64,000 nt of DNA from Phoronis australis (Eukaryota; Animalia; Phoronida): positions 114,695 to 178,694 of the forward strand of contig NMRA01000227.1 of NCBI GenBank assembly GCA_002633005.1, given 5' to 3'. A program made the translations under genes and the position numbers. Below, piece after piece: positions 14,001 to 24,808 of this stretch. Position 1 is the first letter of the stretch; each line of letters starts with the position of its first letter. The notes below the pieces were generated by a model, which was given only the letters and a program-made list of their open reading frames with translations, ran no database searches and had not been told where the DNA came from.

Positions 14001-17000
14001 AGTTGGACGAGTCATCTAAAATTGTGAACAACAAAGAGTTACTTCAAATTTGTAATTTTATTTTATTCTATCTTTGAAAAACATTCTTGAGATTATGATT
14101 TTAGAACACAAAATAAACAAATTAAATGAGCCATAATACGGATTGAATTTCAAATTTATTTGTTAAATGAACCAATCAACAACATTTTCAAGGTGACCAC
14201 AAATTGACGTTAACACATCCAATTTTTTGTAAAAAAGCATTTAAATTATTTCACTTATTACAAAAAGTCAGATACCAAATTAACACTAACTTGAACCTCC
14301 CTCTAGTGGCATATCTAAACACAAGATGCGATAACTCTCATCTGCCAGGTTGAAGAACGTTTCCTCAAACAATATACGCACTGTCTTCACTTCTTTGAAG
14401 CCTTCCCCACAAGTGATAGAATTGGCTTGGATGGTCACTTTCTACAATGGGAGTTTACACTGATAAGCTGAGTGTTATACATGGGCCATGTATAGCCAGG
14501 AAACTATTATGACTGTTAGCGTATGGTTATCGATAACATGGAAACTATTAATTGTCAAGAATATTAGTGCTAGGACATCCGACACGAAAAGTCTTATCAA
14601 GCAATTTATGTCCTGCTTTCACTCATTTCTATGGCAACCATCTTACTTTGTTGTTTTCATTATATTTCCTACTGAATCACCTCCTCTAACAAATTGGTGT
14701 AATTAATTTCAAGTCTACAGGCCTACCAACAGCTTTTCACAAAGAGTAGGAAAAAGGAAGAAAGTCACATCACAAAAAGTAAGAAAGGCACGTCACAAAA
14801 AAGTAGCAAAAAGCTTATTTGCAAGTTGACTTTGTGAAACTGCATTCCATAAAAACTTCAATTGGGTTATACCCCAACATTATAACCTTGAAAGAAATTG
14901 CAATGCAAACATACATAAAAGACTGAATGAATGAAAATATGACTTTAGGTATTCATGAAATAAGGAATATCCTATTAACAACCAAAAATTATCCAAACAA
15001 TTCCAGACAATTTCTATCTTCTTCCTTTATTTCAGTGGCTGAACGACACAACACAAGACCAGCTAAAAAAAAGCGGGAAAAAATGAAGTAAATAAATTAT
15101 CTTTTGGTACCTATGAACAGAAACCCTCCAGCAAACAATTATTTTATGAAGCATCATCTTACCCTGAACGTCTACTGAGCTAAGTCTCACAATCATCATC
15201 TTACCCTGAACGTCTACTGAGCTAAGTCTCACAATCATCATCTTACCCCGAACGTCTACTGAGCTAAGTCTCACAATCATCATCTTACCCCGAACGTCTA
15301 CTGAGCTAAGTTTCACAATCATAATCTTACCCCGAACATCTACTGAGCTAAGTCTCACAATCATCATCTTACCCCGAACGTCTACTGAGCTAAGTCTCAC
15401 AATCATCATCTTACCCTGAACATCTACTGAGCTACAAGTCACACAAACATCACGTTACCCCGAATGTCCACAGCCAGCAATCAGCACACCGCATCTCAGT
15501 TACAATATGCTCATTGTATGTTTGTATAATTTACTACATATATTCAAAAAGAAACTACAGAGTCAAAATAACCAAAACAGTGAAATAACTACTTAACTGA
15601 TAGTTTCTTTATAAGCGTAATAAGGGTCTTTTAACATACTTTAAAGTTACCTTATTACTCAGTGTCCTGTAACATTCATCCTCATCACTTGCTTGGAGAA
15701 TGTGATTCATGAAGTCCTCATCATCGTAACTGTACTTGCCTAATGATGACGTACAAGGGACACAAATCTAGAAAAAAAGGACGATTCATGAGAAGAAAAA
15801 CAAAGTAATTTTCAAAAACTTCACAATTACCTACCTTCAATAAATCATAATCATAACATGTTCACACTTGGCCATGCTAGGGAGACATGTCGCCAGGGGG
15901 ACATGTCACTAGTTGTTTTACTTTGCATTCTTGTATGGTCATGTAGGGTCTTATCAACAAGTCTGCGCACTCAGTCAAATATTAAGAAAACCAAAGAAAT
16001 TAACTCCACGAAAATGTATGTTGTCTGAAATTAAAAAGCCTGTGGATTTTGATTTTTAACGAAATACCAAACTTCAGGAAAAACAAAACGGTTCAGAAGC
16101 GCCATCATCAACAAAGGCAAATGTTTTTTAGAACATCACTTCATTATTCAAAGGACCCAAATTTTGAGTTTTGCATAAACATCAAAGAGTGCCGTTTCTA
16201 ATGACGTAATGCAAAAGACGAACATTTTGAAAACAACTCCCAACAGCGTTTTGGAGAACAACACAAAAAGCATAGTACAGTAAAACTCACAGAGTCAGTT
16301 TCAAGAGAAATGTGCGATTTCAAGCATGAATAGTGAAATCCGAAAGAAGAGTCCATGAACTATCAGAACCGTAATGCTGAACTTTGTGCAAGATACGTGA
16401 AAATCTGACTTATGCACGACTGGCTTACGCAAATTTTACTGTATCTGAAAGTTTTGACATGAACCCATTCAGCCATTTCTGAGATATGTTGATATGTTCC
16501 AAATAAACTAATTTGTATTTTTTGTATTTCCCTACATAACCTCAACTATTTGCATTTCAAGCATTACATTAAGATGAAACTGATTTAATCATGCACACAA
16601 GCTGTATCTAGACAACATAATCAGTGGCGGATCTAGGATATCATAAGGGGGGCCCCAAAATTAGCATGGGCGCACCCACCCTAAAATATAGGGAGACCGT
16701 CCGGATTTTCGAAGATGTGGACTAAAAAAATAAAATAAAAAACAGGAAACTGGTTGCACAAAAGCACGCATTTTTAAATTTTATTTCAGCCACATGTTTA
16801 GTTAATAAACTCAACATTTCCTCGCGCTCTAGCTGTTTTATTTTTTTCCGCCTATGATACGCTATTTTATTTTTTCTGCCTATGATACTCGTGATCCAAA
16901 CCATTCTTTTAAATTTTTTGGGATGCTCAACGGTAGTCAGTGCATGTGTGCTAATTTTGCTTGCTAGTGAAATTACAGGCTAACAAGTGTAAATTCTGTT

Positions 17001-17131
17001 ATTTAGGCAACTTGAATGCATACCATCCATCGGTTAAACATAGCCATTTCATACAGCTCCTTTTCTTTTTGCTGCAGAGTGAGAAAGAAGCGATTTTCAG
17101 AGATATCCTCATCGTAATGGTAGGCTTCCAT
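409..17131 (-). CDS. ANKRD27: Ankyrin repeat domain-containing protein 27 (VARP; VPS9 domain plus ankyrin repeats), 5' 14 coding exons; 3' part lies beyond the window start
   Basis: GT-AG exons in consistent phase: 17131-17024 (MEAYHYDEDISENRFFLTLQ), 15767-15651, 14441-14291 (VRILFEETFFN), 14015-13938, 12666-12575 (SLRHHI), 11150-11091, 10229-10173, 9794-9652 (DASFNKVNRNLADLQ), 7016-6886, 6632-6488 (VPS9 motif MTSDDLLPILVFLVVKADIPNWLANL), 4843-4762 (ASMEAAIEY), 3128-3048, 2179-1990 (zinc-fingernail CHPLCSCDNC, FSRDDRG), 548-409 (ankyrin NATDYHGSTPLHLACQKGH). 525 codons, colinear with vertebrate ANKRD27 as recalled. Confidence 0.95.
618..1293. mobile_element. Kolobok-like MITE
   Basis: Perfect 13-bp TIR GGTAATTGTCAAT (618-630) / ATTGACAATTACC (1281-1293), TTAA on both sides, no coding capacity. 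Confidence 0.75.
4511..4650. repeat. ~35-bp degenerate tandem repeat, 4 copies
   Basis: Recurring GTTGAGAATCAGA(C/T)CTGAACAAG. Confidence 0.7.
4955..5175. repeat. (CAG/CAT/AAG)n trinucleotide microsatellite in an ANKRD27 intron
   Basis: About 73 triplets, mostly CAG, with CAT and AAG interruptions. Confidence 0.95.
7249..7930. repeat. 31-bp minisatellite, ~22 copies
   Basis: Unit AGGCCATGCTGGGCTCATGAACTAAGTCACC. Confidence 0.95.
8106..8856. mobile_element. Degenerate Kolobok-like MITE
   Basis: Imperfect TIRs TTAA-AGAGCTCCGTAATGC ... GCATTCCATGCCTCT-TTAA with TTAA flanks. Confidence 0.45.
11346..11716. mobile_element. PIF/Harbinger-type MITE
   Basis: TIR AGCCACATTTACA / TGTAAATGTGGCT with a 3-bp TSD TGA (11343-11345 and 11717-11719). 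Confidence 0.8.
11795..11976. repeat. 23-bp minisatellite, ~8 copies
   Basis: Unit CTTGTCTAAGGGTTATGAAGGAC. Confidence 0.9.
12891..13390. repeat. Degenerate minisatellite with variable unit length
   Basis: Recurring GTAGTCAC(A/G)TGGGACATTCACTCCA core. Confidence 0.85.
13636..13943. repeat. Two adjacent minisatellites (31-bp x3; 41-bp x5), the 41-bp one including the ANKRD27 exon-4 donor site
   Basis: 41-bp unit GTGTTTACATGTTCATCAGTGGTTACATACCTCCATGTGAA at 13744, 13785, 13826, 13867 and 13908. Confidence 0.9.
15150..15465. repeat. 42-bp minisatellite, ~7 copies
   Basis: Unit ATCATCTTACCCCGAACGTCTACTGAGCTAAGTCTCACAATC; explains the repetitive ORF 15032-15442. Confidence 0.9.
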
Positions 17132-18353
17132 CTTTCCAGTCTACTTCCTACTGTCAACTAATGGCATTCAGTTCCTCGTTATAGTTAACACAGTTCACTT
17201 AATCAGCACTCCACATTGACATCATCATTGCAATTAAATGTATCACTGCAGTCATAAATTACATTATTTACATAGTAATTATGACCTAAAAAGTGGTGAT
17301 GATTTAGGCATGCCATTTCAGATATGGTCATACCCTTAGCAGACCAAGTTAGGCCACTAGTGGACAAGCATGTACAAGTTCATTTGACATCCTGGATCAG
17401 TCATCTGATTCATGTCTTTTAAACCAGGGCCTAGCCTAAGTCGGCCAACCATCTGACGGTCATTCACAACAGAGAAACAAATCACTCGGTTATTTAAATA
17501 ATGTAAAAAGACCAATAATCAGCCAGAAAGCTAATTTGGTGACCTGGAACGAAAAAACCACACACAAAAACCGATAAACGATCGGCGAAATGCGAAAGAA
17601 AACGCAAACATCAACTGGGTTGCAACTGGTTTGCTGTGCACATTGAACCTTTCACTAGGTGGCGCTCAAAACATTGCTAAAGATGTAAGTAAAAGCCAGA
17701 GATTTTTCAAAAATTCAATTATTCGTTACTTACTTGCTATCTTTAATTAAGTACCCATAACAGCCAGCAGTTAAATATAATGGCGAATTTAAAACCATTT
17801 TAAAAGACCAGTTCCAGAAAATGTTAGTGGATCGTTAAATGACCTTCACTTTTATTAAGATACGTCACACAAACTACGAGTAAAGGAAGTGCTAGTGTTT
17901 TGCTCCTGAGAACTTTTCTGTTTGGTGTTTCAGTCTAACAGTTCTGGTGCGTAAGTGTTTTGTACACATGTTTCTGCCTGTCCACCAGAGTTTTTACCGT
18001 ATTTCATTTAAAGCTGCAAATTGAAAACTCTCTCGGTGTTGGCTGGGCCAGTGACAGTGTGGTACACACACACTGGCCGTGACTGTGACTGTGTAATGTG
18101 TGTTTGAGCGTGAATTTCCGGTTCTTGCAGGTATAGAACCTCTCTGATTCACTTACGAGGTGGCAATTGCGTCTTGGTCAAGGGAATTTAAACATGTTCA
18201 TCATATTCACAACTCTCCTCTCGGCCTGGAGAGTGTTGTTGCAGCCCAAACTGTGACTGTTGTATATACAGTGTCACTGACACCGACTAGTAGTGACCGT
18301 CGGCGACGGTCACTACTAGTGCTACTAGTCAGTAGTTGATTAGTACTACTAGT

Positions 18354-19563
18354 AGGGAGGACAACGTTTTTTTATTTTTTTTTACAATACCCATGTGTCG
18401 TACATTTTTGAAAAGCCCTTGGTGTGAGAAATGAAATGGTGCAAAAATCAGAAAAATTGGATGAGCGGTTGACGAGAAAATGGCCGTTGAAACGCGACGA
18501 TTATGCGTAAAATATCTGCCTTTTTACATAATTTCGTAAAAAATAAAAGAATATACATGTGCTGCATATAAAAAGATTCGTCTAATTGAGACAAACATGG
18601 TGGTGTGTATTATATAAAATTTGGATAGATTTCTACAGAGATATTGCTGTTTAAGTGTGTTGTTAGCATATAAAACAGGCTCATCATGTTTGATGAAAAC
18701 AATGGATTACACAGCTTAAAAGGTAAAGAGCAAAGACACCACATCAGCTCAGAAATAAATACATCTGAGCTAGGAGGAAATTTCACATCAAATCACAAGA
18801 TCACATTGGTGGATTTGGGGGAGGGGGCAAGGGGGCCTGGCCCGTGGCCCCCCCTAAAACTCCCATATTTTATTTGGCAGTTTGAGGGTGCAAATATCTT
18901 ACAGATAAAATCTTGCGCAATACTCTGCCCTGCCCCCTCCTATCTAAAAATCCTAGATCTGCCCCTGAATACTACTACATGGGCAACACATCATTGCCTG
19001 ACAGTGACAGGGGGCTGGGGGAGGCTATAGCTAGTCCCCACTTTTTTCAGTGCTGGGTGCCACCCATGTACTATTAGATCGTATCATGGCAAAAAAACAT
19101 CAGAAAGTAGACAAAAGACCATTTGGGAAAACAAATCACTCTTAACATAAAGGATTTCATCATTTACGCAACAAAAACTTTGTAACAGCTTTATTTCGAA
19201 CGGTGAAGTTGCGATGCCATTGAACTTCAACGTAGCCGATGGTGGCGCTGACATGCGGCGACTTAGTGAACTAACGACTGCTGTTTGAAAAATGCCANGA
19301 TAGGAGGAACAAGAGGTACTTTTTCGAAAGTTGATCGCATGGCGGAAAATCATGCGCTAAAAAAAGCTTACAAAAAATGATTTATCAGCGCTAATTTCAG
19401 ACAAAAAGATTAAAAACTTACAAATAAAGACTAAGGTAACGATTTATAACACAAAATAGTCTTATAGTTACCTTTGAAGTCTGAAATCGGGTAATTTACC
19501 AACATGGGTTTTACACGGAGGCAGATATGGAGCACCGTGACCTACTTTTTGATTGTCCTCCCT
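18354..19563. mobile_element. Putative non-autonomous DNA transposon with short TIRs, containing a nested G/C-run MITE (~18805-18967)
   Basis: AGGGAGGACAA (18354) ... TTGTCCTCCCT (19563), with TAGTA-rich flanks on both sides. Confidence 0.5.
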
Positions 19564-19584
19564 ACTACTAGTAGTAGTACTAGT

Positions 19585-20009
19585 AGTAGAAACGGTAAAG
19601 CTGCTGTAGGACCTTCGTATGCCAGAAGATTTTTGATGAATTATGCCTCACACTGACTAAAACACCAAAGTCACATTGTAATAAGTATCTTTTGCCCATA
19701 GAGGGACACCTTAGGAAGCCTTCGTCCATCTCAAACAAATAGTCCCATAATTTCTTCAAACAGTCCTTCGCTCAGTTCTCAAAATCAGAAAGTGGCCATT
19801 TTTACACAGTGCATGCCAGGGGATATGACGTCATACCACCTGCTATGTGCAGTGTTAAAAATGGACATCGACGGCCTTCTAAGGTGTCCCTCTATGCACT
19901 ATTTTTTAATCACTATGAGGTAAAATTTGCTGAAAAGCTTCCACCGCATGAAGCCCCTATAGGAGTTTCACCATCTGTAGTTCTAACTAGAGAAGGTGGT
20001 CACTGTCTA
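19585..20009. mobile_element. Long-TIR (MULE-like) MITE family copy, left end damaged
   Basis: Shares AATTATGCCTC..., CATAGAGGGACACCTTAGG and the right end GGTGGTCACTGTCTA with copies at 32763 and 49066. Confidence 0.7.
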
Positions 20010-20011
20010 CC

Positions 20012-20407
20012 TATACTGATGCCTGCGTCAAAATAATTTGGCGCACTTCAATTTGGCGCGATTGGGGAGCTATTTCTAATGCCTGTGCCAAACTGAAGCT
20101 ACTGTAAGCTCCCAAATTACTGCTAGTGATTTATAGGGATTTTTAACGGTTATTAATCAGAACTGAAATTGATGACAATAAGTGCAGGGTGGTGTGTAAT
20201 AGTTTCTCTGGACTCACTTCCCCATGTGATTAGTGCTTATGACCTGGATACCTGAGCACTCATTGTTGTCAATTTCAGTTCTGATGACTGTTAAAAATCC
20301 TATAAACCACTGGCAGTAATCTGAGAACTTACGGTAGCTTCAGTTTGGTGCAGGCATCAATTTAGCTCACCAACTTGCGCCAAATTAGTTTAGCACAGAC
20401 ATCAGTT
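20012..20407. mobile_element. Foldback MITE with ~180-bp imperfect inverted arms
   Basis: CCAAACTGAAGCTACTGTAAG / CTTACGGTAGCTTCAGTTTGG and CAGAACTGAAATTGA / TCAATTTCAGTTCTG pair around a short spacer. Confidence 0.75.
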
Positions 20408-23400
20408 TGGGCTGTATCAGTGCTACCATCTCAACTAACAGTAGAGATGGTGGCCATCCCTTAGGCCCTTCATACGCTGGAAGCTTTTTGGACGAATTAT
20501 GCCTCAGATGGATTAAAGGTTCTAAGTCACTTTGCTATAATGGAATGCCAACTCTGATCTTGCGGCGGCTGAGATTGTGCCTCGCATGACTGAGAGTTGT
20601 TTGCATTCGTTTGCTCTGGTGTGTGTACTTGATATGGAATTTACTGTCATAAAACTTTTCGCAACTCCGCTGTTTTATAACTGAATTGCATAAGAGCTCT
20701 ATTATTAGAAATCCCTTTGTCAGTTCTTGATGATTGTACCAGAAGCAAAAGATAAATAATTTAATTCATAAGGAATTATCATTTCGCATGACTGACTGCT
20801 TTAAAAATATTTTTTAATTCCCTCTCACACGTGCTGTGGATAATTTAGTCAGACATTCATCCAAAATTATATACCTTTATATATTATAATTAATTGGTGC
20901 CATTCGATACAATTCAGTAAAAATTAAGAATGCAGTCATTTACGAAAAGTGCGATTAACTACTCCAAGTAGCTATCCAATATTTGCAGATTAAGGTTTTC
21001 TGATATATAAAATGTGGGCAAACATCACGTAGCTTTGAAATGTACTGTGGATAGGTCATCACAAAGGCTGCAGTGTAAGACGTCTTATAAAAGTGTAGAA
21101 ATTAATTTTCTTCAGAAAGTAAAAGTTAGTAATTCTGATGCATATAATGTATGTATGTTACCGAGAACAAGAGATCTTGGAACACATTTTCATGATATGT
21201 TATGTAAAAGAAAGTGGACTGTAGTTTTATGCTAAAAGGCATTTTGAACTTATAGTTCTGAATGTGTGGTACAAACAGGCCTTCATGCAGCGTACGTCCT
21301 GGGCGTCCATTTGGACGCCCTAGCACTAATGTGGACACTCTGGCAAGGACGCCCAATGTATCATTTGGACGCCCTGTCAATCAGAATTTCTCCAGTTTGG
21401 ACACCCACATTGTAAGATTACTAAGACTCCCAGTTAATCGAAGAGAGAAGGTGGCCCTTTCAACTCAGAAAGAAATATACAATGTATTTCAAATGTTGCA
21501 ATGTTCAAACTATTTTCAAAGTGTTTGGTAGACCTGTCAATCATTAGCACCTGTTTGGTTGCCAGAGTGTCTGCTTTCAGTACACTCATGTGCCACCGCA
21601 ATTCTGTACTTTATATAGGGACATGGACCTTGCTCAACTCCAAACTGGTGTTTCAGAGCTGTAGTTTCATCTACTTCATCTTTTTTTGAAAACACCAAAA
21701 GCGAAATAAATGTCATTATTTTAATAATATGATGTGCCGCAAGAATATCCCCATTTAAAATGTTTGAGTTTTCGCCCGTTTCATGCTTTTGTATGTGCGT
21801 CTAAAATGGAGCAGCAGTGACACCTGTTGCCAAAATATAAACCACACATCATCTGTGCATTTTTCTTTTGTTGGTAACTGCAGCTTTGATGACTCATTGT
21901 ACAGAATATAAAGCTAGTGAAGTTGATATAATAAACTTTATAACAGAATTTGACTTGAGNNNNNNNNNNNNNNNNNNNNNNNNNNNNNNNNNNNNNNNNN
22001 NNNNNNNNNNNNNNNNNNNNNNNNNNNNNNNNNNNNNNNNNNNNNNNNNNNNNNNNNNNNNNNNNNNNNNNNNNNNNNNNNNNNNNNNNNNNNNNNNNNN
22101 NNNNNNNNNNNNNNNNNNNNNNNNNNNNNNNNNNNNNNNNNNNNNNNNNNNNNNNNNNNNNNNNNNNNNNNNNNNNNNNNNNNNNNNNNNNNNNNNNNNN
22201 NNNNNNNNNNNNNNNNNNNNNNNNNNNNNNNNNNNNNNNNNNNNNNNNNNNNNNNNNNNNNNNNNNNNNNNNNNNNNNNNNNNNNNNNNNNNNNNNNNNN
22301 NNNNNNNNNNNNNNNNNNNNNNNNNNNNNNNNNNNNNNNNNNNNNNNNNNNNNNNNNNNNNNNNNNNNNNNNNNNNNNNNNNNNNNNNNNNNNNNNNNNN
22401 NNNNNNNNNNNNNNNNNNNNNNNNNNNNNNNNNNNNNNNNNNNNNNNNNNNNNNNNNNNNNNNNNNNNNNNNNNNNNNNNNNNNNNNNNNNNNNNNNNNN
22501 NNNNNNNNNNNNNNNNNNNNNNNNNNNNNNNNNNNNNNNNNNNNNNNNNNNNNNNNNNNNNNNNNNNNNNNNNNNNNNNNNNNNNNNNNNNNNNNNNNNN
22601 NNNNNNNNNNNNNNNNNNNNNNNNNNNNNNNNNNNNNNNNNNNNNNNNNNNNNNNNNNNNNNNNNNNNNNNNNNNNNNGCGATCATCTGATATTCAAGTT
22701 TTTACGCCCCGTCGGTGCTCCTTAATTATGCTCTTGAATATTTGGAAATTGTCTTAACCCCTGTATACACACCACACTTTTTCGTATACGACTTTTCGTA
22801 TGCTAAAAAAGGTGTGTGTAAGCAGATGTTCCAACAAAAATTTTTGCTGGTGGCGTGACTCATACCCAGATGCACACAATATGGTTTCACGTTCATGTGA
22901 CGAAATCGAGAAGGGTTTTTAATTATCTTAAGAAAAACTCCAGAGACATGTTAAGTGCCAGAAACTTACCAGGGTGCATGGAAATTTCACTATTTGGCTA
23001 CAAAAACAAAAAAATATCTTACTCGGGAGGGGAAACCCCCCTCCCGACCTCCCCACGCTCGGCGCCACGCGCCTAGGATTCGACCTTGGCGGGAATCCTA
23101 AACCCCCTCCTTGGTGAAAACGTAGATCCGCCACTGAATCCTGTAGGGTACTCCTACAGAGGAAGTAAACAGGATGCGTCATTTGGAAGGGTGACTTTCT
23201 CACGACCAGTTTCTATGAAAGAGCGTCTTTTGTGACAAAATTCTGCAAGAAAGCTAAAAGCTACATAGAGGTTTCCTTTTTCAAACTATATTTTGCAGAA
23301 TTCAGGATTCATTTTTAATACAGATCTGCACTTAAAACTTGTTGCAACATGTCATCTCTTTTTGTACTATTTCAGACTTAATGGGGTAAAAACTTAATCA

Positions 23401-23779
23401 GTCTTAGAATCCCCTTTGAATGGGGTATGCAAGTGGAATTATGTGTTGTGTTTCTGAAACAAAGCCCATCAAAAGGGTGTCTGCTCAGTTGAAAACTCCA
23501 TGTAAATGGGACTCTTTTTGTGTCCACTCTCTAAATGGATGGGTATCCTAAATTTCCAGCCTCAGCAAAAAGAGAGTCAAGTACCCTGAGATTTTGAATA
23601 ACTAGTATAAGAAATTATTAATATCTTGAAATGAAGTATTATTATTGTATAGCTCCAGTGTCATTTTGTTGATACTGTTAAAGCCTTTCATCAATGAATT
23701 TTTTGTTTTTATGTATTGAGCAATCTAGATTCATTTGTTGTTTTCGCAATGTTTTAGCAAACACACAGAAATTTTATTA

Positions 23780-24496
23780 CCATATTTGCCCTAAAAAGCG
23801 CCCATGCCCCTATAAGCGCCCCCCACGCATTTTCAGACTTTGCTAAAATAAGCGCGCAGTCCATGAAAGCCGTGTACATGCGAAAAATGCCTTACCTACA
23901 GTTCTAAAATTCTACAGCAGTGTCTTCAATTCATCAGTAAGAACCGACAGTTCTGAAAAAAATCACTTTGCGCTGAATTTGTAGACCACGAGTCTCGCCA
24001 CTATGTCGGTATTTAGCCGTGACTATACACCTCGAACTTCCGCTGTGCTTCAAAAAGAACGCAAGCGCGAATCGAAGACTTATAAAAACTTGAACTTAAT
24101 AAGCTGTTTATCCCGACTTTACATGGATGCTATTTTGAAAACTTTATTCAGGTAATTTGTTGAGTCAAAACTATATTTTTATTACAAGAATTCAAGTTGA
24201 CTTATCAGCGATTGCGAGGCAGCGACGCATCAGTCGGCAATTTTTTTTGGCAGTGGGCTTTTCTGAAAAATGCTTGTAATTAAACTACAAAGTTTGATAG
24301 CAATGCACTGGAATTTTGTAGATACTCTGTCATATTTTACAGATGCGTCACGGCGTAAATTTGATGAATTCTAGCTTACGATTTCACCTGTTTCGAAGAC
24401 CGGGTTTGAACCACTTTTGGGTTTTAATAAGTGCCGTCCCCTCTTCCTGAAGCGGTTTTTTCTAAGTGCCCTGGGCGCTTATTAGGGAAAATACGG
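23780..24496. mobile_element. Tc1/mariner (pogo/Tigger-like) MITE
   Basis: TA-CCATATTTGCCCTAAAAAGCGCCC ... GGGCGCTTATTAGGGAAAATACGG-TA; TA target duplication. Confidence 0.75.
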
Positions 24497-24724
24497 TAGT
24501 TACATTAGTGTAAGGATGTCAACTCATACGTAGAGTTTTTTTTCGCACCATATTGCCTTATTGCAAGAAGTCAAAGTGTTAGGTATTTGTGATTTTGAAT
24601 TGAATACCATTGTGCAATAAATTATTGAATTTCACTGGGTAGGGGATAAATGTGGTCAGATTGGTGCTCTTGACATATTATAAGAATGAAATGTACATGT
24701 ACTGTGTGGCAGTTGAAATTTGGC

Positions 24725-24808
24725 TTAACATCGTTGCTTATTGCAGCTGGCCTTAACATCGTTGCTTATTGCAGCTGGCCTTAACATCGTTGCTTATTGC
24801 AGCTGGCC
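24725..24808 (+). repeat. 28-bp x3 tandem repeat spanning the RNF185 3' splice site
   Basis: Three identical units TTAACATCGTTGCTTATTGCAGCTGGCC. Confidence 0.95.

Noticed and set aside
15032-15442. Repetitive ORFs (also 28356-28724, 34249-34547, 56846-57298)
   Set aside because: Minisatellite units that are multiples of 3; no gene structure.
19240-19325. RNF185 first exon or promoter (AAGAG|GTACT donor)
   Set aside because: Lies inside a TIR-bounded element and has no coding support.
21781-22725. Long ORFs over N runs (also 54851-55486)
   Set aside because: Artefacts of assembly gaps.
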